A stretch of 41,778 nt of DNA. It comes from Gammaproteobacteria bacterium. GTDB lineage: Bacteria; Pseudomonadota; Gammaproteobacteria; Steroidobacterales; Rariloculaceae. Made by a program: the position numbers and the translations under genes. The first letter of the stretch is position 1. Each line of letters begins with the position of its first letter. The notes under the pieces were generated by a model, which was given only the letters and a program-made list of their open reading frames with translations, was not told the DNA's origin and made no database searches. Positions 8,469 through 17,340 of this stretch are shown here, in pieces. The stretch lies in the NCBI GenBank assembly GCA_035760685.1, contig DASTSM010000098.1:1-41778 (forward strand), read 5' to 3'.

Positions 8469-11400
8469 ATGAACATGAACGCTGCTCGTGCGCTCGCGCC
8501 GCGAGCGAAACGGTTACGACTGTCCTCGATGGCGCGCAAAGGCATGCTGCTTCCGCTCGCGCTGTCGAGCGTCGCCGTGTCGGTCTCCGTCGCGCTGACC
8601 GGCCAGGCGTACGCCCAGGAATCGCAACAGGGCCCGCAGGGCGTCGAGGAGGTCACGGTCACGGGCTCGCGCATCCAGCGCACGTCGGGCTTCACGAGCC
8701 CGGTGCCCGTGACCGCCGTGACTACCGAGGAGCTCACGCAGTACCAGCCGAGCACGACGATGACCGATCAGCTGGCCCAGCTGCCGCAGTTTTTCCAGAC
8801 GCAAAGCGCCCAGCGCGGCGGCGGCGCGTTGTTCGGAAGCGCCGGCGGAAGCTACCTGGACCTGCGCGGCTTCGGTCCCCAACGCACTCTGATCCTGCTG
8901 GACGGCGCGCGTGTCGTGCCCGCGGATCGTAACGGCAACGTCAACGTCGACAACTTCCCCACCGTGCTGCTGCGCAGCGTCGAGGTCGTCACGGGCGGCG
9001 CGTCGGCCGCGTACGGCGCCGACGCGCTCGCGGGCGTCACGAACTTCGTGCTGAACCGCGACTTCCAGGGCCTCGACGTCAATGTCCGGGGCGGCCGCAC
9101 CGAGGTCGGCGACGGCAACAACTACGAGGTCAGCGTCGCGGGCGGCACCAAGCTCACGGACCGCTGGCGCATGATCGGCTCGATCGAGAATCAGCACATC
9201 GACCAGATCCAGCGCGACCCCGCGACGCTCGGCAGCTGGTTCAAGCGCTACGGCATCGTGGCGAATCCGGCCTACGTGACGGGCGACAACTCGCAGCCCA
9301 TGCGGCTCGTGCTGCCGAACGTCTATTCGACGGTCCACTCACCGACGGGCAGAATCGCGCAGGGCAAGGACCCAGCGGGCAAGGTCTGCGGCACGGCGGG
9401 CGCGACTTGCACGGGGCCGGCCTTCTCGATGACCGGCCTTCAGTTCACCTACGACGCGAGCGGCGTCACTCCTTTCATCAACGGCGACGTCGTCGGCGCC
9501 TCGACGGGCAACACGGCGGACACGCAAGGCACGGGCAGACAGGCCGAAATCGCGAACGATGCGTTTGCGGGCGGTCCCTTCGGAGCCGAAGTGGCCCGGC
9601 GGAACCTGTTCACGGCCTTCACTTTCGACGCGACCGACAAGCTGCGCCTCACGTTCGATCTCTTGGGCTCCCAGGTCGAATCGAATCAGCACGATCTGCG
9701 GGGCATCCCGCACGGCACGTCGCCTTGGAACTTCGAGATCTTCAGGGAGAACCCGTACCTGCCCGACAGCGTGCGTCAGGCCATGTACGACCAGAACGTC
9801 GAGTCGTTCATTTACCAGAAGCAAGGCCAGGTCCTCGGCCAGGCCGGCAACTACGACGACCACGAGGAGCAGCGCAACCAGTTCGACACGTTCAACTTCG
9901 CGGTCGGCATCGACAAGGATCTCTTCGACGGCGGCAACTGGAACCTCAAAGTGCGGCTGCAGCGCGGCCAGACGCGAAAGTACACGGCCGTGCTCAACGA
10001 GCTGCGCGTCGACCGCGAGTTCTTGGCGATGGATGCGGTCGAGATCTACGCGGACCGCCGCGATCTCGATGGCGACGGTATACCCGACGTCGTGTCTGAA
10101 GCCGACCACGGAACGGGCATCGTCATGTGCAACGTGCAGCGCTACAACCCGACCCAGGCGCAGCTTCAGGCCGCCGTCGCCGGCATTCTCGTCCCGGCGC
10201 CGCAAGGCGACGACTCGCTCGGCGGCCCCGAGGATCGCGTCCCGATCCCGGGCCCCGTCGGGCCCGACAACACGATCCGCGACTGCGTGCCGATGAACGT
10301 GCTCGGCCAAGGCAACGTCACGCCGGACGCCGCGTCGTACGTCACGTCGCCGAAGGAGGGCCGCTCCGTCGTGACCCAGGAGTTCGCCGAGACCCTGCTG
10401 AGCGGAGACATCTTCAAGGGCATCGGCGCGGGTCCCTTCTCGATGGCCGGAGGCACTACCTACCGCAAACAGCACTTCTGGCAGCGCGGCTATCCGGTCG
10501 AGCTCATGGCCTACGGGCCGCCCACCAATGCGCCCAACATCGGCATCCGGGGCATCTCGGGCGGCTACACGGGCGGCAGCCCGAACCTGCACGAGTTCTC
10601 GACGGTGCCCGCGATCAAGGGCGGCTACGACGTCTGGGAGGCCTTCACCGAGTTCAACCTGCCCCTCTGGCAGTCCGGCCCCCGCAACCTGACGCTCGAC
10701 CTCGCCGGACGCTACTCCGACTACTCGACGAGCGGCGGCATCACCTCGTGGAAGACCGGCCTCGACTTCTCCGTGGCCAAGCCTGTGCGCCTGCGCGGCA
10801 CCGTATCGCGCGACGTGCGTGAGCCGACGTTCTCGGAGCGGTTCGACCTCCAAGGAGGCGGCGGCAACGTCAACGACCCGAGGCAGGGCAACAAGAACGT
10901 CGAGATCACGGTCACGACGGGCGGCAACCCCGACCTGAAGCCCGAGAAAGCGGACACGGTCACGACCGGGTTCGTGCTGCAGCCGCAGAAGATCCCGGGC
11001 TTCCAGTTCTCGGCGGACTGGTACCGCATCGACCTCTCCGACGCGGTCGGCCAGCTCGGTCAGCAGAACATCGTGAACGGCTGCTTCCTCCAGAACAATC
11101 AGGACCTCTGCAGCCTGGTATCCCTCGACGTGTTCGGCGAAATCGGCACCGTGCGGAACGTGTTCCTCAACATCGACAGGGCCAAGGTCCGGGGCATCGA
11201 CTACGAGGTGCTCTTCAACGCGCAGCCCGACTTTTTCTCGAACGCGGACGAGTCGTTGAGCTTCCGCCTGCTGGCGGGAAGGCTCCTCGAGGACAGCCGG
11301 ACGGTGACGGCTGCGAGCGGCGCGCAGACGACGACCGACCTCGCGGGAACCTACTTCAGGCCGGACTTCTCGGCCATCGCGAGCGTGCGGTACCAGGTCG

Positions 11401-11762
11401 GCGCCTTCGCCGTGAACTTGCAGCAGCGCTACATCCCGGAGAGCTCTTTGGCCGATACGGCGACGTCGGGGCCGTACATCCAGTGGGAGCCGGGCGTGCA
11501 GGTCGCGCCGGGTCAGATCACGCTCAACGACGCGACCGTGCAGTCCAAGATGTATACCGACCTCGGCTTCGCATACACCTCGGATCTCGCGGGCGGCCGG
11601 CGCTGGAGGACGTCGCTGACGGTGACGAACCTCTTCGACGTCGATCCGCCCATCGTCGCGAACTTCGGACAGCGCTTCAGCTCCCAGGGCCCGGGCGCGA
11701 CTCCGAACGACTACGACGTGTACGGGCGCAGGTACTCGCTGGCCTTCGACTATAGCTTCTGA
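8469..11762 (+). CDS. TonB-dependent receptor
   Basis: 1097 aa. Signal sequence and plug region: EEVTVTGSRIQRTSGF, LDLRGFGPQRTLILLDGARVVP, SVEVVTGGASAAYGADALAGVTNFVLN. The C-terminal barrel ends YGRRYSLAFDYSF. The N-terminus is long, so the in-frame ATG at 8529 (MARKGMLLPLAL..) is an alternative start. Confidence 0.95.
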   Translation: MNMNAARALAPRAKRLRLSSMARKGMLLPLALSSVAVSVSVALTGQAYAQESQQGPQGVEEVTVTGSRIQRTSGFTSPVPVTAVTTEELTQYQPSTTMTDQLAQLPQFFQTQSAQRGGGALFGSAGGSYLDLRGFGPQRTLILLDGARVVPADRNGNVNVDNFPTVLLRSVEVVTGGASAAYGADALAGVTNFVLNRDFQGLDVNVRGGRTEVGDGNNYEVSVAGGTKLTDRWRMIGSIENQHIDQIQRDPATLGSWFKRYGIVANPAYVTGDNSQPMRLVLPNVYSTVHSPTGRIAQGKDPAGKVCGTAGATCTGPAFSMTGLQFTYDASGVTPFINGDVVGASTGNTADTQGTGRQAEIANDAFAGGPFGAEVARRNLFTAFTFDATDKLRLTFDLLGSQVESNQHDLRGIPHGTSPWNFEIFRENPYLPDSVRQAMYDQNVESFIYQKQGQVLGQAGNYDDHEEQRNQFDTFNFAVGIDKDLFDGGNWNLKVRLQRGQTRKYTAVLNELRVDREFLAMDAVEIYADRRDLDGDGIPDVVSEADHGTGIVMCNVQRYNPTQAQLQAAVAGILVPAPQGDDSLGGPEDRVPIPGPVGPDNTIRDCVPMNVLGQGNVTPDAASYVTSPKEGRSVVTQEFAETLLSGDIFKGIGAGPFSMAGGTTYRKQHFWQRGYPVELMAYGPPTNAPNIGIRGISGGYTGGSPNLHEFSTVPAIKGGYDVWEAFTEFNLPLWQSGPRNLTLDLAGRYSDYSTSGGITSWKTGLDFSVAKPVRLRGTVSRDVREPTFSERFDLQGGGGNVNDPRQGNKNVEITVTTGGNPDLKPEKADTVTTGFVLQPQKIPGFQFSADWYRIDLSDAVGQLGQQNIVNGCFLQNNQDLCSLVSLDVFGEIGTVRNVFLNIDRAKVRGIDYEVLFNAQPDFFSNADESLSFRLLAGRLLEDSRTVTAASGAQTTTDLAGTYFRPDFSAIASVRYQVGAFAVNLQQRYIPESSLADTATSGPYIQWEPGVQVAPGQITLNDATVQSKMYTDLGFAYTSDLAGGRRWRTSLTVTNLFDVDPPIVANFGQRFSSQGPGATPNDYDVYGRRYSLAFDYSF

Positions 11763-11777
11763 CCGTCTGTGCGCCGT

Positions 11778-11806
11778 GCGCCGCCGGCTTCTTATGCCGG
11801 CGGCGC
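11778..11806 (+). terminator. GC-rich hairpin downstream of the TonB-dependent receptor (possible terminator, no U-tract)
   Basis: GCGCCGCCGGC-TTCTTAT-GCCGGCGGCGC is a perfect 11-bp stem lying 16 nt after the stop codon. No T-run follows, so its function is uncertain. Confidence 0.4.
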
Positions 11807-12004
11807 CGGGCGTCCGTCACCGCGCGACGCAGGCTCGCGGGCAACAGCCGCTGCGATCCTTTTGCCTGCGAAAGCTCGATCTCGTGATGAACACGCTCGC
11901 CGCTAGCGCACTGCGTGCGTGTGCTCTCTGCCCGCGTGGACAGCTCGGCGTTTCGCTGGGCACAATAGCCGCGGCAGCGGTGTACGAGAAGCCGGAGAGC
12001 GCAG

Positions 12005-12406
12005 ATGGCGGACAACGAGAACGAACGGCTCGTGTGCAAGTTCTTCGAGACGCTTAGCACGGGCGACCTCGAGGCGTTGCGCCCGCAGCTGCACGTCGAC
12101 GGCAGCTGGGAAGCAACGGGACGCTCGATCCCCGGTGCCGGCATCACGCGCGGCCGCGACAAAATCATCGATGAGTTCCTGAAGCCCGTGCGCGGTCTCT
12201 TCGTGCCGGGCGATCCGAAGATCAAGATCCTTCACATCGTCTCGAAGGGGCCGCTCTGCGCAGCCGAGACGGAAGCGATGGGCAAGCTCAGCAACGGCAA
12301 GGACTATCACAACCGCTACGCCTGGTTCATCGAGATCCGCGACGGCAAGATCTACGCGCTGCGCGAGTACATGGACACGGGCTACATCCTCGAGCAGCTG
12401 GCCTGA
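12005..12406 (+). CDS. SnoaL-like / NTF2-fold protein (ketosteroid-isomerase-like)
   Basis: 133 aa, with GGAGAG 5 nt upstream of the ATG. Typical NTF2-like features: N-terminal NERLVCKFFETLSTGDLEAL, and C-terminal YAWFIEIRDGKIYALREYMDT. Confidence 0.8.
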   Translation: MADNENERLVCKFFETLSTGDLEALRPQLHVDGSWEATGRSIPGAGITRGRDKIIDEFLKPVRGLFVPGDPKIKILHIVSKGPLCAAETEAMGKLSNGKDYHNRYAWFIEIRDGKIYALREYMDTGYILEQLA

Positions 12407-12410
12407 CGCC

Positions 12411-13988
12411 ATGGCGGAGCGCTACGACGTCGTCGCGATCGGCTCCGGCCACAACGGGCTCGTCGCCGCGGCCTACTTGGCCGCCGCGGGCAAGAAGACG
12501 CTCGTGCTCGAGCGCAACGCTTGGTTCGGCGGCGGCGTGGTCACGCGCGAGCTCACGGTGCCCGGCTTTCGCCACGACCAGCATTCGATGGCCCACATCT
12601 TCATCCAGGCGAATCCGCTCCTTGCACGCGACGAGCTCGGGCTCAAGCGCGATTTCGGCCTCGAGTACGTGTTCCCCGAGCTTCCGATGATGTCGGTATT
12701 CGAGGACGGCACCACGCTCGGCCTTTACCGCGACAGAGACAGGACCTGCGCCGAGATCGCAAAGTTCTCGAAGCGCGACGCCGAAGCGTACCGCCGGCTC
12801 GCGGAGAAGGCCGCAAGCTACTTGCCGATGGTGGCCGCGTCGCTGTACGCGCCGCCTGCGCCGCTCGGCGCGACCTACGCGCTGCTCGATCAGAGCCGCG
12901 AAGGCCGCGAGCTCTGGCGCTACATGCAGATGAGCTCGCACGATCTGCTCTCCAGCATCTTCGAGCACGACAAGGTCCGCATGCACTTCGCGCGCGTCGC
13001 GGGCGAGAATCTCGTCTCGCCCGACGAGAAGGCGACGGGCTTCGGGGTATTCGTCTTCGTCGGCTTTCTGGAGGCGTACGGCATCGGCGTGCCGCTCGGC
13101 GGATCGGGAAGGCTCACGGACGCCCTCGTCGCCTGCATCCGCAAGCACGGCGGAGAGGTGCTCGGCGACAGCGACGTCGCGCGCGTCGTCGTTCGGAACG
13201 GCCGCGCGGCCGGCGTCGAGACCACCGACGGGCGCACCTACCTCGCCGCGGACGCCGTCATCGGCGCCCTGCACCCGCACGATTTGCCGCGCATGGTCGA
13301 CGGCTTGCCCGACGAGGTCGCCGACGACGCGCGCGCGACCCAGGTCTCCGACATCGGCTGCATAACCGTGCATGCGGCCCTCAACGCCCCGCTCGAATTC
13401 CGCGCGGGCCCGCACGTGCGCGCCGTCATGATCGAGCTGCTGCCGGCCTCGTACGACACGATCCGCAAATCCTTCGACAAGCTGCGCTATCGAGAGCTCT
13501 CGGACTATCCGCTCGTCGGGCTCGGGTCGCTCACGATGTTCGACCCCTCTCGCGCGCCGGCCGGCAAGGCGACGATGCACGCGTGGGACTACGTGACGTA
13601 CGACCGCGCCGACGGCCGTGCTTGGGACGCCGCGAAGGACGCCTACGTCGAGCGCATGCTGACCCACATGGGCAAGTTCATCGCGAACCTCGATTCCGAC
13701 AACGTCATCGCCTATCACAGCGACAGCCCCGTCGACATGGAGCGGACGTCCTCGAGCTTCCGGCGCGGCGACCTGCACGGCATCGCGGCCACCACGTATC
13801 AATACGGCGCGCACCGCCCAACGCCGGATCTCGGGCAAAACAAAGTGCCGGGCTGCGAGCGGCTCTACCTCGTCGGCCCGTTCCAGCATCCGGGCGGCGG
13901 GGTCTTCGGCGCCGGGCGCGCCGCGGCCATGCAGGCGTGCGCGGATCTCGGCATCGATTTCGACGCGATCGGAGCGCGCCGCGCATGA
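12411..13988 (+). CDS. NAD(P)/FAD-dependent oxidoreductase, phytoene-desaturase (CrtI) family
   Basis: 525 aa. Dinucleotide-binding N-terminus YDVVAIGSGHNGLVAAAYLAAAGKKTLVLERN..GGG. C-terminal motif LYLVGPFQHPGGGVFGAG, typical of the CrtI-like amine-oxidase fold. It starts 4 nt after the SnoaL-like gene. Confidence 0.9.
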   Translation: MAERYDVVAIGSGHNGLVAAAYLAAAGKKTLVLERNAWFGGGVVTRELTVPGFRHDQHSMAHIFIQANPLLARDELGLKRDFGLEYVFPELPMMSVFEDGTTLGLYRDRDRTCAEIAKFSKRDAEAYRRLAEKAASYLPMVAASLYAPPAPLGATYALLDQSREGRELWRYMQMSSHDLLSSIFEHDKVRMHFARVAGENLVSPDEKATGFGVFVFVGFLEAYGIGVPLGGSGRLTDALVACIRKHGGEVLGDSDVARVVVRNGRAAGVETTDGRTYLAADAVIGALHPHDLPRMVDGLPDEVADDARATQVSDIGCITVHAALNAPLEFRAGPHVRAVMIELLPASYDTIRKSFDKLRYRELSDYPLVGLGSLTMFDPSRAPAGKATMHAWDYVTYDRADGRAWDAAKDAYVERMLTHMGKFIANLDSDNVIAYHSDSPVDMERTSSSFRRGDLHGIAATTYQYGAHRPTPDLGQNKVPGCERLYLVGPFQHPGGGVFGAGRAAAMQACADLGIDFDAIGARRA

Positions 13989-14191
13989 TCCTCTACTCGC
14001 CCGACGGCACGGCCCTCATCGAGGTCAAGTCGCTCGAGCGCAGCGGCAACGAGCTGCTCATCAAGGGCAAGGTGTTCGGCACGATGCCGCTCACGGCCCG
14101 TCTGACCGCCGCCGAGACGCGCAAGGGGCTGAAGCTCCTCCGGCCGAGCCTCGTGTGGTTTCTGCTGTCCCTGGCCTTCAGGCGCGGCTGA
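13985..14191 (+). CDS. Small (68 aa) tail-anchored hypothetical protein, translationally coupled to the flavoprotein
   Basis: The ATG at 13985 overlaps the TGA of the upstream gene (ATGA). It is the in-frame 3' end of track ORF 12521..14191. The sequence is MILYSPDGTALIEVKSLERSGNELLIKGKVFGTMPLTARLTAAETRKGLKLLRPSLVWFLLSLAFRRG, with a hydrophobic C-terminal segment and non-Arg-rich, coding-like composition. Confidence 0.5.
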   Translation: MILYSPDGTALIEVKSLERSGNELLIKGKVFGTMPLTARLTAAETRKGLKLLRPSLVWFLLSLAFRRG

Positions 14192-14449
14192 CCGCTTCCC
14201 TGCCCGCGCGGCTCGCGCTCCCGGCGCGGCCGCCGAGCTTCCGTGCTTCAAGCGATGTGACAAAACTCGGCTCCGGCAAGCCTCAAGCCTTGCCGCGAAT
14301 GGCCGATAACCCGTGAGTCGGTCAATGAGTCGCCCGGGGCCGGAGGCGCCGGTTTGATGCACGAGAATCGATTCTTTCCCGGGGAGCGTGCGGCCGTCGG
14401 TGCATCGAGCGAAGAGACTCTGACGGCGCTTCACCGCGGCTGCTAAGCC

Positions 14450-16402
14450 ATGACATCGGTCTGGACGCGCGAAGTCGACCGGCGGGCCGCGAAGGCGGAG
14501 ACGCGCACCGTCCTGCTCATCGCGGAGTCCCCGGCTCTGCGGGCCTCGATCGCTCGTCATCTCGAGCCGATGCCCGTCGCGCTCGTTCAGGGCGAATCGA
14601 TCGAGCAGTGTCTCGCCGCGGCCGAAGCCGACGCGCCCGCTGCGATCCTGCTCGACGACGCCTTCGGCGAAACCCGGATCGCGGTTGTGCTCGAGGCCAT
14701 GAGGCAAAAGCTTGCGCTATCCGGCACCCCGATCATCCTGTTGATCTCGGCCGACGACGACGAGACGGTCTCACGCGCCTTCGCACTCGGCGCCGCGGAC
14801 TACTTGAGGAAGCCCGTCCGCGCCCCCGAGATCAAAGCGCGCGTGAGCGCCGCGGTCGAGACGCGGGCGCTCCTCACGCGGCTCGGCCGGCAAGCGCAGC
14901 ACGATACGCTCACGGGCCTGCCGAACCGCGCGCTCGTCGCGGCTCGAATCGAAGAGGCGATCCGAAAGGCGAGCAAATCGCCCGACCGCCACTTCGGCGT
15001 CCTGTTTCTCAACTTCGATCATTTCCGGAACGTGAACGACAGTCTTGGATACGCCGGCGGCGACGAGCTCCTGAGGCAAATTGCCGTTCGCCTCCGCCGT
15101 AATCTCCGCGTCGAGGATGCCGTCGGTCACGACGCTCGGCCGCCGCAGAGCACTGCCGCCGGCGCCGAGGCGAGCAGCGCAGACGAGGGAGGGCTCGAGA
15201 ACGGTCCCGCCGGCGCAGAAGCAGACGAGACGGCCGGCACGGCGGCATCGGAGGCCGCCGGGACGGCGCCTTCCACGGTCGCCCGCGTCGGCGGAGACGA
15301 ATTCGTCGTGCTTCTGGATGGGCTCGCGAATCCCGCGGACTCGGCCGTCGTCGCGCACCGCCTCACCGATCTCTTCTGCCGCAGCTACCGCATCGGAGGA
15401 CACGAGGTGTTCGCGACGGCCAGCGTCGGCGTCGTCACGAGCGAAGCCGGCCACACGAACGCCGAGGAGCTCCTGCGCGACGCCGAGACCGCCATGCGCG
15501 AGGCCAAGGCCGCCGGCAAGCGGCGCTACTTGGTATTCGAGCGTTCGATGCGCACGCGCCGGGAGCGGCGCACGTGGATAGAGAACGACCTGCACAAGGC
15601 CGCCGATCGCGAAGAGCTGTTCCTCATGTATCAGCCCATCGTGTCGCTCGGAACGGGACGGCTCGAGAGCGTCGAAGCGCTGCTGCGCTGGCGCCATCCG
15701 CGGTTCGGGCTCGTGGGACCCGACGAGTTCATTCCGATAGCGGAGGATACGGGGCTCATCGTGCCGATCGGCGAATGGGTGCTCGAGGAGGCGTGCCGCC
15801 AGCTGGCGCGCTGGCGCGCCGTGCCCGGCCGCCCGCCGCTGCGCATGAGCGTGAACGTCGCGCGCCGGCAGCTGCTGACTCCGAACCTGGCCGCGCGCGT
15901 CGAGGACGCGATCCGCTCGGCCCGCATGCTTCCGGCGGACCTCGTCCTCGAGGTCACGGAGAGCCAGATGATGACGGACGTGCAAACGACGATGCGCGCG
16001 CTGAACTCGCTCGGCGAGATCGGCGTCAAGATCAGCATGGACGACTTCGGCACCGGCCACTCCTCGCTCGCCTGCCTGCGCGATTTCCCCTTGAGTCACG
16101 TCAAGATCGACCGATCCTTCGTGACGCACATCGGCGCGGGCCGCGATCTCATGGCCGTTCTCAACGCGATCATCGAGCTCGCGCACGACCTCGGCATCGA
16201 GACGGTGGCCGAAGGCATCGAGACGATCGAGCAGCTCGCGAGCCTCCAAGCCCTGAACTGCGACTACGGACAGGGCTTCTACCTCTCGCGCCCGCAGCCG
16301 GCGGCCGCCCTGCCCGACTTGCCCATGCCGTCGATCAACGAGGAGAAAGCCGCGCGCGACGACACCGCGCATCCGGCCGAGGCGCGCGGAGATACCGAAT
16401 GA
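14450..16402 (+). CDS. Response-regulator receiver / GGDEF / EAL protein (c-di-GMP turnover)
   Basis: 650 aa. The REC-like N-terminus has LLIAES, ILLDDAFGE, ILLISAD and YLRKPV. The GGDEF domain has DTLTGLPNR, LNFDHFRNVNDSLGYAGGD and RVGGDEF. The EAL domain has VEALLRW, EVTES, DDFGTGHSSL, EGIET and QGFY. A ~55-aa Ala/Glu/Gly-rich insertion sits just before GGDEF. Confidence 0.9.
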   Translation: MTSVWTREVDRRAAKAETRTVLLIAESPALRASIARHLEPMPVALVQGESIEQCLAAAEADAPAAILLDDAFGETRIAVVLEAMRQKLALSGTPIILLISADDDETVSRAFALGAADYLRKPVRAPEIKARVSAAVETRALLTRLGRQAQHDTLTGLPNRALVAARIEEAIRKASKSPDRHFGVLFLNFDHFRNVNDSLGYAGGDELLRQIAVRLRRNLRVEDAVGHDARPPQSTAAGAEASSADEGGLENGPAGAEADETAGTAASEAAGTAPSTVARVGGDEFVVLLDGLANPADSAVVAHRLTDLFCRSYRIGGHEVFATASVGVVTSEAGHTNAEELLRDAETAMREAKAAGKRRYLVFERSMRTRRERRTWIENDLHKAADREELFLMYQPIVSLGTGRLESVEALLRWRHPRFGLVGPDEFIPIAEDTGLIVPIGEWVLEEACRQLARWRAVPGRPPLRMSVNVARRQLLTPNLAARVEDAIRSARMLPADLVLEVTESQMMTDVQTTMRALNSLGEIGVKISMDDFGTGHSSLACLRDFPLSHVKIDRSFVTHIGAGRDLMAVLNAIIELAHDLGIETVAEGIETIEQLASLQALNCDYGQGFYLSRPQPAAALPDLPMPSINEEKAARDDTAHPAEARGDTE

Positions 16403-17340
16403 GCTCGAGCGCGCCGCGGCGCGCGGCTCGCGACGTCGTCGTCGAGCAGGCCGTCGGCGGCGCCAAGCGCTTGGCGATGCTGCCCGAGGCGACGATGCGC
16501 ATCCTCGAGCTCCTGCAGTCGGAAGCCTATGGCGCCGCCGAGCTCGAGAAGGTCGTCTCGACCGATCCGGTGCTCTGCATGCAGATTCTCAAAGTCGTCA
16601 ATTCCGCCTTCTACCGGAGCCCGCAGGAGATCGCGTCGATCCGTCGAGCCGTCGTCATGCTCGGCGCCGCGGCGGTCAAGAACATCGCGCTCGCGGCAAG
16701 CCTCGGCCGAGGGCTCCGGGGAATCGAATCGGCCGGGCTCTCGGCCCGCGAGCTTTGGCGCCATTCGCTCGCCGTCGGCGCGGGCGCAAAGCTTGCGGCC
16801 GCGGCGGCGCGGCGCGTGCCCGCGGATACGGCCTTTCTCGCCGGCCTGCTGCACGACGTGGGCTTCATGCTCGAGCTCCGTCTCGACGCGGCGCGGCTCG
16901 CCCGGCTCACGACGAGCCTCGACGGCGGCGAGCGCCGTGCCGACGGCGATTCTCGCGAGGACCGTGCGGGGGATTCAGGCGAGGACGGGGCGACCCGCGC
17001 ACCCCACGCGCTGCTCGCAGAGGAAGCGGCCTTCGGCGCCACGCACGAGGACTTCGGCCGAGGTCTCTGCGAGCGGTGGGGATTGCCCGCCGACATCGCC
17101 CTCGCGGTCGGACGCCATCACGTCGCGTCGGCCAACGAGGACGCCTCCGATCTCGCTTGCGCCGTGCATATTGCGGACGTCGTCGCGGCCCGCCTCGCGC
17201 TCGGATTCGCGGCGGACGCCCCCGATCCGGAGCTCCATAACGCGGCGCTCGAGCGGCTCGGCCTCACGGCCTCGGCCCTCGAGGACATCGAACGGGCGGT
17301 GCCGGACGCGACCGGCGAGCTGCTTCGGATCCTCGGCTAG
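16399..17340 (+). CDS. HDOD-domain protein
   Basis: The ATG at 16399 overlaps the upstream TGA (ATGA). It is the in-frame 3' part of track ORF 15574..17340. HDOD pattern: LPEATMRILELLQSE..AAELEKVVSTDPVLCMQILKVVNSAFY, IRRAVVMLG, LWRHSLAVG, AGLLHDVG, THEDFG..L...WGLP and HH. An acidic insertion is present (GGERRADGDSREDRAGDSGEDG). Confidence 0.85.
   Translation: MSSSAPRRAARDVVVEQAVGGAKRLAMLPEATMRILELLQSEAYGAAELEKVVSTDPVLCMQILKVVNSAFYRSPQEIASIRRAVVMLGAAAVKNIALAASLGRGLRGIESAGLSARELWRHSLAVGAGAKLAAAAARRVPADTAFLAGLLHDVGFMLELRLDAARLARLTTSLDGGERRADGDSREDRAGDSGEDGATRAPHALLAEEAAFGATHEDFGRGLCERWGLPADIALAVGRHHVASANEDASDLACAVHIADVVAARLALGFAADAPDPELHNAALERLGLTASALEDIERAVPDATGELLRILG

Noticed and set aside
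12327-13889. 520-aa minus-strand ORF
   Set aside because: It is antisense to the CrtI-type flavoprotein gene, which has clear FAD-binding motifs. Its product is Arg/Ala/Val-rich with no motifs.
14771-16372. 533-aa minus-strand ORF
   Set aside because: It is antisense to the REC-GGDEF-EAL gene. It is a shadow ORF.
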